Made by a program: the position numbers and the translations under genes. 64,000 nucleotides of DNA, from NCBI RefSeq assembly GCF_009914755.1, contig NC_060930.1, one strand, 5' to 3'. This document shows, in pieces, positions 1-15,848 of the stretch. Below the pieces are notes generated by a model. That model saw only the letters and a list, made by a program, of their open reading frames with translations, made no database searches and was not told the origin of the DNA. Each line of letters opens with the position of its first letter. The stretch's first letter is position 1. This stretch comes from the human T2T-CHM13v2.0 reference genome, Homo sapiens.

Positions 1-822
1 CAGGAAATATACAAGATGAGCCTGTAGCATTTTGTAGGACTAGAAAGTAAGGAAGTACTCAAGAAACATGATTAACAACAACAAAAACCAACAACAATGA
101 TGATGTATGTCAAAGGAACACTGGGGCCAACTGAAAGTGCTCCCAATGGCTGACACTGGAACAATTTGAATAAGAAAATAAAGTAGTAATGGATTGTAAC
201 TCAAATTACAAAATAAATATTTGTGATTCCATACTGACATAAATAAATGATTAAATAAATGGAGACGAATAGATACATCTCCCATGCAAAAAACTTCATA
301 TAATTTATGGAGATAATTTACCCTCAAAATAGAGCATATATCCCCATTCTTTAAGTGTGGACTGCATGTAGTGACTTCCTTCCAAAAAGTGCAGTATGGG
401 AAAGGGAAAAAGAATAACCTTGCAGAGAGAAACCTGACAAACACTGTCTGAGCCAGGTGATCAAGGTCAACATCAACAACAAGTCATGTTGCCAGCAAGT
501 ACAGTTGACAAGACCTGGTGAAAATGAGCTTTACTTCTATGGCGCCTTATCCCCCCCAAATCCATAATCTCAGTTTAACCATGAGAAAAACATCAGATAA
601 ATCCCAACTGAGGGACGTTCTACAAAATGCCTAACTAGTACTTCTTAAAACTGTCAAGGTCATTATAAGCAAGGAAAGTCTAAGAAACTGTCCCAGCCAA
701 GAGGAACTTCATGAGATGTGATGACTAAGTATTATGTTGTATTGGATGGAATCCTGGAACAGCAAAAGGACATTAAATAAAAATCAAGAAGATATGAATA
801 AAGTATAGACTTTAGTTAATTA
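1..822 (+). mobile_element. Old L1 3'UTR, L1MC3/L1MC4 (MER42-like)
   Basis: Motifs gagaaacctgacaaacac...ccaggtgatcaaggtcaacatc and ggaatcctggaacagcaaaaggacatta match the recalled L1MC 3' end. Confidence 0.75.
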
Positions 823-1039
823 GAACAAGTGTATATACATATATATTTAAATACACATATAGCCAGTATCATGCCAGTGTTCATAGATCTATGTCTTTTT
901 CAAACAACTGGGTATTATTTTATTGTATGGATGGAAGTAGTGGAATGTGTAAGGAAACAAATTTATTGGTACCTATTTAGGCTGTTTTCATCTTACTTCT
1001 TACCCTTTTTGACAATGGTGAATACATACATTTTTATAA

Positions 1040-1277
1040 AAAGAAAAAGTTGACTATATTTCTGTGGATCTACATTCAGCCTCTAAGTTCTGTTCTATCA
1101 TTTACTTTTTCACCAGTGCCACATTGTCTTGGTTACTGTAGCTTTACAGTAAATCTTGAAATTGGATAGTGTGAGTCTTCCAACTTCTTCAGTATTATGT
1201 TGGCTATTCTAATCCCTTTGCCTTTCCATATAAATTTTAGAGTCAGTTTGCTGGTACCTGCAAGACAGCTTACTGGT
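1040..1277 (-). mobile_element. Old L1M ORF2 fragment
   Basis: ccagtgccacattgtcttggttactgtagcttt...ccatataaattttag is homologous to L1 ORF2 at ~3760-3900 in this window. Confidence 0.75.
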
Positions 1278-1534
1278 CATGATTCTTTTCTTCACTTATA
1301 CCAGACTCTAAATAATTGTTCACTGCTCCAGTAATTCAAATTCACTCTTAAAAACTTGCCTCCAAGGTGAGGATATTCATCCTCAAAATATTTGAGCAAT
1401 TGCAACACCAGTGGGAAAAAATGCATCTGTCTTCCCAAGGCATTTTCTTTAATAAATAGCACTTATTTGAATGAATAAATTTGAATATTTAAGATATTCA
1501 AATCCGATTATGTTTATTTGATAAATATCACACT

Positions 1535-1641
1535 ATACAATGGTTGTAACACCTACCCTCAGGATTGTTGGGAGAGTTAAATTGGTGAGCCAGTAAGGTT
1601 TAAATATGTTTAGAGCTTCAAAAGTATTCAATAAATATTAC
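1535..1641 (+). mobile_element. MIR fragment
   Basis: acacctaccctcaggattgttgggagagttaaat...tattcaataaat. Confidence 0.5.
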
Positions 1642-2152
1642 TTTTCTTACAGTTAACCCATTTTCTCATTACAAAAAGCCTTATGCAGGATATAAACTCA
1701 CATAATTGTCTACTATAAGACTTATTATTTCTTTAATTATTACTTAACATCATACTCACTTAAAGTACAGTATTGCATCATATAAAAAGACTTCCATATA
1801 AATGCATTTAATTTCACCCTAGGATACATTAAACATTTGTAATGTTAAAGCTAATGGATTTAGAAGTATTACATTTTTGTAAAAAACATAACTTTGAGAC
1901 TATGTAAATATATAATTTAAAAGATGGTAAAGTTATGAATATTAAGAACTTTTACCGATTTCTCCATTGAATGTTTGATTATTCGAGTTCATATGATATG
2001 ATCATATGGGGTAAGGCATAGGAAGCATGAAAACTGAATGCCCTTGAGGCACAGTAATACGTAAAGAACAGATGTACAATATTTCTGCCAATGTCCCTAG
2101 GTATTGTAGCCTGCAAAGACTTACCCTTTTAACAGGTCATTATAGGACTCAC

Positions 2153-2252
2153 CTGTTAATTTGGCTTTCCTGGTGATACTAATACCGAAAGCTTTGACGG
2201 CGGTGAAGAGGGAAGATGAACAGTTAGAGATCCTTTCTGGTGAGTGAAGACC
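2153..2252 (-). other. Candidate 100-nt internal exon of an unidentified minus-strand transcript
   Basis: Acceptor tccctgtctgtgtAG|G and consensus donor CAG|GTGAGT. One open frame, GLHSPERISNCSSSLFTAVKAFGISITRKAKLT, which I do not recognise. Confidence 0.3.
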
Positions 2253-2602
2253 CTACACAGACAGGGACCTCAAGATAAGGGATATAATCTATTTAATTAA
2301 AGAGTATGTACTATACACCAGAAATCTGTTAATGGGACTCATTAAAAAAAATGAATGAATACATACTATGGATCCCATCCTATTTTTTTTTATTATTATT
2401 ATACTTTAAGTTTTAGGGTACATGTGCACATTGTGCAGGTTAGTTACATACGTATACATGTGCCATGCTGGTGTGCTGCACCCACTAACTCGTCATCTAG
2501 CATTAGGTATATCTCCCAATGCTATCCCTCCCCCCTCCCCCCACCCCACAACAGTCCCCAGAGTGTGATGTTCCCCTTCCCGTGTCCATGTGTTCTCATT
2601 GT

Positions 2603-6456
<3,854 letters not shown>

Positions 6457-6492
6457 TTAGTTGATGCAGTTTCTTCCTAGTCTCGATGGTCT

Positions 6493-7509
6493 TTACATTT
6501 TGGCATGATTTTGCAGCGGCTGGTACCAGTTGTTCCTTTCCATGTTTAGGGTTTCCTTCAGGAGCTCTTTTAGGGCAGGCCTGGTGGTGACAAAATCTCT
6601 CAGCATTTGCTTGTCTGTAAAGTATTTTATTTCTCCTTCACTTTTGAAGCTTAGTTTGGCTGGATATGAAATTCTGGGTTGAAAATTCTTTTCTTTAAAA
6701 ATGTTGAATATTGGCCCCCACTCGCTTCTGGCTTGTAGGGTTTCTGCCGAGAGATCCGCTGTTAGTCTGATGGGCTTCCCTTTGAGGGTAACCCGACCTT
6801 TCTCTCTGGCTGCCCTTAACATTTTTTCCTTCATTTCAACTTTGGTGAATCTGACAATTATGTGTCTTGGAGTTGCTCTTCTCGAGGAGTATCTTTGTGG
6901 CGTTCTCTGTATTTCCTGAATCTGAACTTTGGCCTGCCTTACTAGATTGGGGAAATTCTCCAGGATAATATCCTGCAGAGTGTTTTCCAACTTGGTTCCA
7001 TTCTCCCCATCACTTTCAGGTACACCAGTCAGACGTAGATTTGGTCTTTTCACATAGTCCCATATTTCTTGGAGGCTTTGCTCATTTCTTTTTATTCTTT
7101 TTTCCCTAAACTTTCCTTCTCACTTCATTTCATTCATTTCATCTTCCACTGCTGATACCCTTTCTTCCAGTTGATCACATCGGCTCCTGAGGCTTCTGCA
7201 TTCTTCACGTAGTTCTGGAGCCTTGGTTTTCAGCTCCATCAGCTCCTTTAAGCACTTCTCTGTATTGGTTATTCTAGTTATACATTCTTCTAAATTTTTG
7301 TCAAAGTTTTCAACTTCTTTGCCTTTGGTTTGAATGTCCTCCCGTAGCTCAGAGTAATTTGATCGTCTGAAGCCTTCTTCTCTCAGCTCGTCAAAGTCAT
7401 TCTCCGTCCAGCTTTGTTCCATTGCTGGTGAGGAACTGCATTCCTTTGGAGGAGGAGAGGCACTCTGATTTTTAGAGTTTCCAGTTTTTCTGTTCTGTTT
7501 TTTCCCCAT
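6493..7509 (-). pseudogene. ORF1: L1 ORF1p (RNA-binding chaperone), inactivated
   Basis: MGKKQNRK...NHAKM spans exactly 1017 nt in one frame. A single premature TGA lies at 7120-7122 (CGA>TGA); the gap between the two ORF pieces translates openly as EGKFREKRIKRNEQSLQEIWDYV. Confidence 0.95.
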
Positions 7510-8599
7510 CTTTGTGGTTTTATCTACTTTTGGTCTTTGATGATGGTGATGTACAGATGGGTTTTTGGTGTGGATGTCCCTTCTGTTTGTTAGTTTTCCT
7601 TCTAACAGACAGGACCCTCAGCTGCAGGTCTGTTGGAGTACCCTGCAGTGTGAGGTGTCAGTGTGCCCCTGCTGGAGGGTGCCTCCCAGTTAGTCTGCTT
7701 GGGGGTCAGGGGTCAGGGACCCACTTGAGGAGGCAGTCTGCCCGTTCTCAGATCTCCAGCTGCATACTGGGAGAACCACTGCTCTCTTCAAAGCTGTCAG
7801 ACAGGGACATTTAAGTCTGCAGAGGTTACTGCTGTCTCTTTGTTTGTCTGTGCCCTGCCCGCAGAGGTGGAGCCTACAGAGGCAGGCAGGCCTCCTTGAG
7901 CTGTGGTGGGCTCCACCCAGTTCGAGCTTCCCGGCTGCTTTGCCCATCCTATTTTTAAAGAGGGATCTAAAAAGATTTTTGTCTGATTATTTGAAATAAC
8001 ATTGTTAGTGGTTTAATGTTTAATTCTAAAAGCCTAATGAATTATTACTGTTTTAAAAATAGCACTAATAATAATAGTTTTCATGATGAATCAAATCCAT
8101 AAATAATGTTTAGAACCTATTAATGGGAAATTACATTATTTAAGTAAACCATGTGCATTTGTGTAACAAATACCTTCATTTTCATAAAATGAAACTATTC
8201 TAACCAAGTTTTTACCTTATTGAAATAAAGTAAATAAAAATTTATTTTATTGATAAGGGCATATAAAAATACATATACCTATAACCTATTTTTATTATTT
8301 GATTTGAATATTAAATTTTATTGTAATACATGTATTTTATTATATCAGTTAAAATTGAGAAGACATTACTGGTTTTAATGTAATTCGTAGAAAGAAGTTT
8401 GCTCTCCACATACGGTGCTCCTTTAGATAACATCTAAAACACCTACAATTGAAGCTTGACATAGTACAAGGATTAATATGGTTCACACATCACATCATTA
8501 TTAAAAATTCTGAAAAACCAGACATTCCAGGTCAGAGAAATGGTTTTACTTTATGGAATCCTAATTTTATTACTATTAAAGCATTAAGTGACTTTACCC

Positions 8600-8770
8600 A
8601 CTCATTTAACAGCTATATTTTTTTTTAGTTTGTTCCCACTTGTGCCTGTCAGTCTGCTTGGTCCTGGCCACACAAAAACAAATCAATACTTCAAGGAGTT
8701 CATGTTCAGTGGTAGAGATGAAAATAAAAACAGAGATTGAAAACCCTGTATTAGAATGACAGAGGTAAAC
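8600..8770 (-). mobile_element. L2 fragment
   Basis: Degenerate reversed L2 3' end (ctcatttaaca...tcaaggagttcatgttcagtgg). Confidence 0.4.
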
Positions 8771-9056
8771 ACAGGAACCAACTCAGGAACCAGCAAGAAG
8801 GAGAAAGGCGAAAGAAAGGGAAGCCTTCTCCAAAGCCTTCTTTTCTCACCAGGCTGCTCTTTGGGAGGACAAGACAGTGGCCAGTGTGGAAGTTGTTTTC
8901 AGGCATTCTGAATGAAACAACTGTTTTCAGACATTAGGCAACAGGTAGCACAGGGCTGTTGTCCTTTAGAGAAGGAAAACTCCACATTCACTCTGGCTTC
9001 TACCTGGACTTCCCAAACTACATCACAGGAAAATGGGGCCCAAAGACAGAGGAGCC

Positions 9057-10372
9057 TGTGGTATTGGCATTAAAGTAGATAAACAAATCAGTAGAACAGA
9101 GTAGAGAGTACAGAGTTAGACCCACGCACATATGGTCAATTAAATCTTTTTAATCAATGGTGTTGGCATAACTAAATATCCATAGGGAAAAAGGAACCTT
9201 GACCCCTATTTCACACTGTATGACAAAATTAATTTGAGATGAATCATAAACCTAAACATAAAAGCTATAACTATAAAGCTTCTAGAAGCAAACAAAAGAG
9301 ACTATGTTCATGACCTTGGGACATGCAGAGATTTCCTAGGGCATAGGATTTCTAACATTACAGGAAAAAACTGATAAACTAAATTTTATCAAAATTAAAT
9401 GTCCTGTTCATTAGCAGACACAAGAAATGAACAGGTAAGTTACACACTGGGAGAAAAGGTTTACAATACATGTATTTTTCAAGGGACGTGTATCTAGAAT
9501 ATATAATTAACTGCTATAATGTACTTGTACAAAGACAAAATACCTGATTTTTTTCAAAAATAGGCAAAATATTTACACAAAAACTTAACATAGGAAAATA
9601 TACAAATGGCCAGTAATAGCACAGGAAAGTGCTCAATATTGTTGGTCATTAAAGAAATGCAAGAAAGAGCCAAATGAAAACCACTGTGAAAACACTAGAA
9701 TGGCTAAAATTAAAAAGACGAATAGCACCAAATTTTTGCAAGGATGTGGAACAACTCGAGCTCTCATAAGTTGCCCATAGGAGTGAAAATGGTACAGCCA
9801 ATTTGAAAAGTAGTATAGCAGTTTCTTATAAAGTTAAACATGCATTTAGCCTATGACTCAGCAGTTCCACCCCTGGGTAGAGAAAGAAGAAAGGACAGCG
9901 TATGTTCACAGAAGATTTGTGCAAGAATCTTTGTAGCGCCATTATTCATAAGTCTAAAACTGAAAACAAGCCAAATGTTCATCAGAGAATGTATAAACAC
10001 ATTGCAGTATAGTCATATAATAAAGTATAACAATAAAAAGAAATTAACTACCAGCGCACACAACACAAAGAAGAGTCAAATACATGCTGAGTGAAAGAAA
10101 CCAGATACAAGCGTATAGACCATAAGACTCCATTGATACAAAGTTCTACAGTGAGCAATATGACACAGTTTTTATGGACTTCACATGGGTGATTGCCTTT
10201 TGTGGACTAGGGGCACCATTTGACCAGGAAAGGGCATGAAGGAATTTTCTGGGGGTGTTTATGTGTTGACTGGTTGTGTATCACACAAATGTAGCATTTG
10301 CTAAAAGTCATCAAACTGTGTACTTCAGATCTGTACATTTCACTGTATGTAAATCATATTTCAATTCAAAAA
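9057..10372 (+). mobile_element. Old L1 (L1ME-like), ORF2 3' part plus 3'UTR
   Basis: gtggtattggcat...cacatatggtcaatt, cactagaatggctaaaattaaaaagac, and the terminus atctgtacatttcactgtatgtaaat. Confidence 0.8.
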
Positions 10373-10446
10373 TCAATAAATGTTGACAAATGGACATATA
10401 CTAAATACTTCTTTTCTCTATATAACATATAAGACTTTTGGCCTTC

Positions 10447-10451
<5 letters not shown>

Positions 10452-10501
<50 letters not shown>
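10452..10501. repeat. (TG)25 microsatellite
   Basis: Uninterrupted dinucleotide run. Confidence 0.98.
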
Positions 10502-10505
<4 letters not shown>

Positions 10506-10619
10506 ACATAGATCATGTTGAGTAAGCTACTGTATAAATTATGTAGATTGTATATGTTTCTTCGTTGATTCTCACACAAACCTTTGAATTTTTTTCTGCC
10601 AAATTCAGTCATTTAAAAG

Positions 10620-10860
10620 ATCCTGATCATTCCACTTGTAAAATATATCTTCAATTCACTCTCTCGCCTCTGTCCTTTGTTCGGCCATCGTCGTCTCTCA
10701 CCTGGACATCACATTGGTCTCCTACACAATGTTCCTGCCTCTAGTCAGTTCTTTCATCTGTCTTCCTTCATGCTGAAGACTTATTCTAAAATCCTAATAT
10801 GATGATAATACTCACAATTAGAAACCTTCAGTGGTTCCCACTGTCCACATGCCCATGTCT
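10620..10860 (+). mobile_element. L2 fragment
   Basis: ccatcgtcgtctctcacctggac...aaaccttcagtggttccca. Confidence 0.55.
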
Positions 10861-10904
10861 TATAGCATATAATTACACTTAAAATGAAGGTAATCTTAGA
10901 ATGT

Positions 10905-11115
10905 GGTAGACAGCATGTTTTATGTTTATAATCCCATGCTATCTTTGTAACAGCCTTGTGCAGTGAGTACACTCACCCTCCAGCATGTAGACAAGACATT
11001 TGACCCATCTGTTAAGCAGCTTGCCCAAAGACACGTGATCGGCAAGTAGCAAAGTCAGGATTTGAAGCTGTGCTGTCTGACTCCAGAGCCCAGATACACA
11101 TGTACTACGCACACT
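10905..11115 (-). mobile_element. MIR
   Basis: gttaagcagcttgcccaaagacac...ggatttgaagctgtgctgtctgactccagagccc. Confidence 0.7.
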
Positions 11116-11424
11116 GCCTCTCTTTAGGGTCTTCCTCCAGCCTTTGTTACTCAAACTTGTCTCCTCCAGCCCTGGGCATCCACCCTCCATCCACAGCCAG
11201 CTCCACTGTGTTCTTTGACACCTCCATCCTTTGGTTCCCATGGCTTCCTCTGAAGCTCCTGCTCCTTCTCGCCTTGCAGACTCTCCATTGTTCAAGTTCC
11301 CACTTAGGTGCCACTACCTTGGGAAAGCTTTTTTCACACTTCTCCAGGTCACCCATAGGTCTATTCAGCCACAGCATGTTGGCCATGGGCCCATTCTTGT
11401 CTTTGTTATTTTTTCTTATTTTGA

Positions 11425-11728
<304 letters not shown>

Positions 11729-12092
11729 TGAAGGTATCTTTATGTGTTTTTCTCCCCTCACTGGAGCACCTCCAGAACAAAGTCCTCCCCATCTTTGCTG
11801 TTCCCAGCCCTTAACGTACAGAGAAGAAGGCTCATAACAACTGCTTGTTTAATAAATGAATGTTTTACTGCCAGATAATCTAGCATCAAAGTTTCTTTTG
11901 CCTAATTTTGACCTGCCCTTGTAACTCATTTATCAGACAGTTATAAAACAGTTTAAAGCTCAACTGAAAAGTGCAAAAAAATCAAAAAGCGGAAAAAAAG
12001 GGAGGGGTAGTATCTCGTTTCTTAGGCTGCGTAACATTATGAGGTTACTCTTTAACAGCACTAGAGAGTGTTGAATTTTTTAGAGCTTAAAA

Positions 12093-12292
12093 TGATTGGC
12101 TGAGATATTAAGCTGCTTTGCCAGCTGTTCAAAAATGGATTGCTCCCAGCATATAAATAACTACTGTTATGTCTCTATAAAATTCTAGACCTTGAATGGC
12201 ATATTTGATTAGAGTGAAATGAAAAAGAAAGAATTGTTACAAACAAGAAGCTGAGATTAAAAAGGTGTATTCAGTAACTACCTATGGTGAGT
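12093..12292 (+). promoter_or_regulatory. Candidate CCAAT/TATA promoter with short first exon
   Basis: TGATTGGCTG at 12093-12102, TATAAATA at 12152-12159, and donor ATG|GTGAGT at 12286/12287. Confidence 0.3.
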
Positions 12293-13612
12293 TAAAATCA
12301 TCTTTCCATGAGTGAACATAGAAAATTAAATAAAATACCTGCAATCTTGAAGGAACTGAAACATAGACCTTAGTGAAGTTTAATCATACCCATGGCAATC
12401 TCTTTCTTTTATCCTCTTCAAATGGGGTTTATTGCAAAGGAGAATCAGTTGTATGTAGTTTAACAATTTCTAGCCCAGTTATATGAGTCTAACACCTTCA
12501 GTGTCTGCTTATGTGATATTTATTAAGAATTTTCTTGTGCTTCTGTAAATATTAATTACAGACCAGATGCATCAGATGTGAATAGCAGCAGCTTGGAAGT
12601 GCCCAAGTGCAGCATAAGTCTTCCATTTCCATTGTAAATATTGACAGTGGGTGTCTTTTTCAATGTCACTCATTGCCCCATCTGATCTCAGCTATGTTTA
12701 CATACAGGATGTTACTCAGTTCTGTTTATTATGTTATATTGTAGTAATGGAAATCCAACTTCCTTTATTGAAATGATGATAACTGATTTGAAAAGACCTA
12801 GTATAGGGGAAATTGGCCAATAATAATGGACGTGTGAGAAGAAAAAGAGAAAAGAAAAGGAAAACAACTTTGAAATCATGTATTGTTTCAAGCTAGCAAG
12901 GATTTATTGAATAGTGAATTGTGTGTCCTGCTCTATGTTAGATCCTGAAGACTCAATCCTGAAGACACAAATTCACAGATGAAAATATGGGGTCTTCCTT
13001 TCAATAAGCTCAGCAAGATAGAGTAAAAGCTACAGTGCCTCAGAAAAGGAAGAGTATTGGCTGAGATCTAAAAATGTTTAGGAATTTCTTACCAAGTACA
13101 GTGCCAATAGAACAAAATTAAAAATATTGAAGGGGCACTCACAATTCACTGACCTGAGATTGAACGGCTTCATCAATGGGAGGAGGTAAGAGATATAAGG
13201 TACTGATCCACTTAAAGTTCTGAAATTTGCAAGGAAAATAATGAGCTTGCAATGCTGTTAGGTAGCATACCCCTCACTCTAGGTTTTGTTATTATGATCA
13301 GCTGCATCCAGACAGTCTCAGAGTTCATCTGGGGACCACAGCAAGCAGGAAACCATTTGTGTGCTGGAGACTTGACAGCAGCCAAGGGGAGGAACCAGGA
13401 AGAGCCACAGGAAGTGCATGGCATGGAGCCCTATCCACAAGAAAGACAGCTACAGAAATGGGGCTGACACATGGTATCTTCCAGGGCTACTCAGTCTGCT
13501 GGTGGGTGAATCCGTGGGATATGTTTTTGCTAATGAGACATCCTCTGACAAGATTAATAATCTATGCGGCTACATCAACAGCGACACTAAGGGAAATCTA
13601 CTTCAAAAACGA

Positions 13613-13650
13613 GTGTGCGCATGCGCGCGCGCGCGCACACACACACACAC
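13613..13650. repeat. Alternating purine-pyrimidine tract (GT/GC/AC), Z-DNA prone, containing an NRF1 motif
   Basis: 38 bp of strict purine/pyrimidine alternation. TGCGCATGCGCG at 13616-13627. Confidence 0.85.
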
Positions 13651-14062
13651 TCATTGTGATGCATTTGCTGCTACTTCCAGTCACCTCCCTCAAGCCTTAT
13701 CTTTGGTCCTATCAGAGTAAAAACACAATAGATGTGTCAATTGCCCAAGTCACAACATCTTTCTAGTGGAGCCATGTACCTGTTTTGAGTCATTGCCACG
13801 GTTTTTGGAACAAGCTCCCGCCTACTTGCTGGGACTGAGCCTCTCTGGCATGCTCTGACCTCTAGCACATGCATGCTTCATCATTTGTAAACATTTGCCT
13901 GCCTATACCACTGAACTAGAACCTTCCTGATTGTTGGCTTCTGGCCACATTTTTCTTTCCCCCCATTTCTTGCTCTTAATGTTTTTTGCACCTCTTGCCT
14001 GCACTAATTTTTGAGATCCTTCCCTGCCAAGCACCATGAAATCCTCTCAGCAACTTTGAGAG

Positions 14063-14788
14063 TGCTGTGGATTGAATTACATCCCTCCAAATTCATATGT
14101 CAAAGCCCTCAAATCCAATAGGATCATATTTGAAGATTGTATTTGGGAGGTAACTAGGCTTAGATGAGGTCATGAGGGTGGGGCCCTCATAATGGGATTA
14201 GTGGCCTTGTAAGAGACATCAAAGCACTTGTTTGCTCTCTCTCTCCACCATGAGAGGACACAGTGAGAAGGTGGCCATCTGCAGGGGAGTAAAAGATCTG
14301 CAGGGGAGTAAAAGAGTCCCCACCAGAAACCAAATTAGCCGACATTTGATCTTGTACTTCATAGCCTCCAGAACTGTAAGAAATAAATTTCTGTTGTTTT
14401 TTTTTGTTTTGTTTTGTTTTTTGTTTTTTGAGATGGAAAGGAGTCTTGCTCTGTCACCCAGGCTGGAGTGTAGTGGCACGATCTCGGCTCACTGCAAGCT
14501 CCGCCTCCCAGGTTCATGCCATTCTCCTACCTCAGACTCCTGAGTAGCTGGGACTACAGGCACTTGCCACCACGCCTGGCTAATTTTTTTTTTGTACTTT
14601 TAGTAGAGACAGGGTTACAGCGTGTTAGCCAGGATGGTCTCGATCTCCTGACCTCATGATCCGCCTGCCTTGGCCTCCCAGAATGCTGGGATTATAGGCA
14701 TGAGCCACTGTGCCCAGCCATAAATTTCTGTTGTTTAAGCCACACAGTTTGTAGTAATTTTTAAGGGCAACCGAAGCAGATGAATACA
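14063..14788 (+). mobile_element. MaLR solo LTR (MLT1A-like), interrupted by AluY
   Basis: TG...CA termini with a 5-bp TSD GAGAG at 14058-14062 and 14789-14793. Typical motifs gggtggggccctcat and gcctccagaactgtaagaaataaattt are present. Confidence 0.9.
14400..14719 (-). mobile_element. AluY
   Basis: Y-diagnostic ctgcaagctcc and ttagccaggatggtctcgatctcc. 17-bp TSD ataaatttctgttgttt at 14383-14399 and 14720-14736. Confidence 0.95.
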
Positions 14789-15519
14789 GAGAGGAACTTT
14801 AAAATGAGAAAAACAAGACTCAGAGGAATGAAGCACTCTGTCTTAGAATTTAGTTATTAAGTACTCCATTTTACTAAAAAAAAATCTTTGGTCTTTTCGC
14901 CACACAGTACTGCATTAAAAATTGGATAGTTTGCCCCACCCTCATACTAAACATGTCATTACTAAAATAGAGCTAAGGTTTAAATTGTCCATCGTCCTTA
15001 TGTGTAAGATGTTGAGGACTACAAGCTTAGACAATGGGTATACATCCTATATTTAGAACCTTTCGTGTGTCTTACTTGTGTCTCTACCCAGGACTTACCT
15101 TTTTTCAATGTATTTGCATAAGGGCATGTGTATCCAAATTGCTTCTACATTATTAGACTGTAGAACTTAGTCTATTGACTTTCAATAATATAGCACTTAG
15201 CTAAACACCAGACACGTGGCTTCTGTTAGATAGTATCTAATCGTAATACATTTTTATCATATTTTAGTGGTGTATATACAGGTAAGCAGAAAAGCATAAA
15301 TAAAAATCTGATCCTCATTTCCTCCTCAGCCATCTTGAATGTTTTCTGAAAGAAGACACACTACTTTTGAGAGACCTCAAAATGAGAGTCTAGACAAGCT
15401 GGTAGCATCATCCTTCAGAGAAACCTGTTGGGATCTATGGTCAGTTCCATGAAAGGCAACCTATGGGAGGCCAACCACTGAACAACTTGTGGCTATAAAT
15501 TTGGTCTTGCATTTCTGCA

Positions 15520-15848
<329 letters not shown>

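Noticed and set aside
2136-2239. Plus-strand exon reading of the 2.1-kb segment
   Set aside because: Weak polypyrimidine tract and stops in all frames; the minus-strand signals are stronger.
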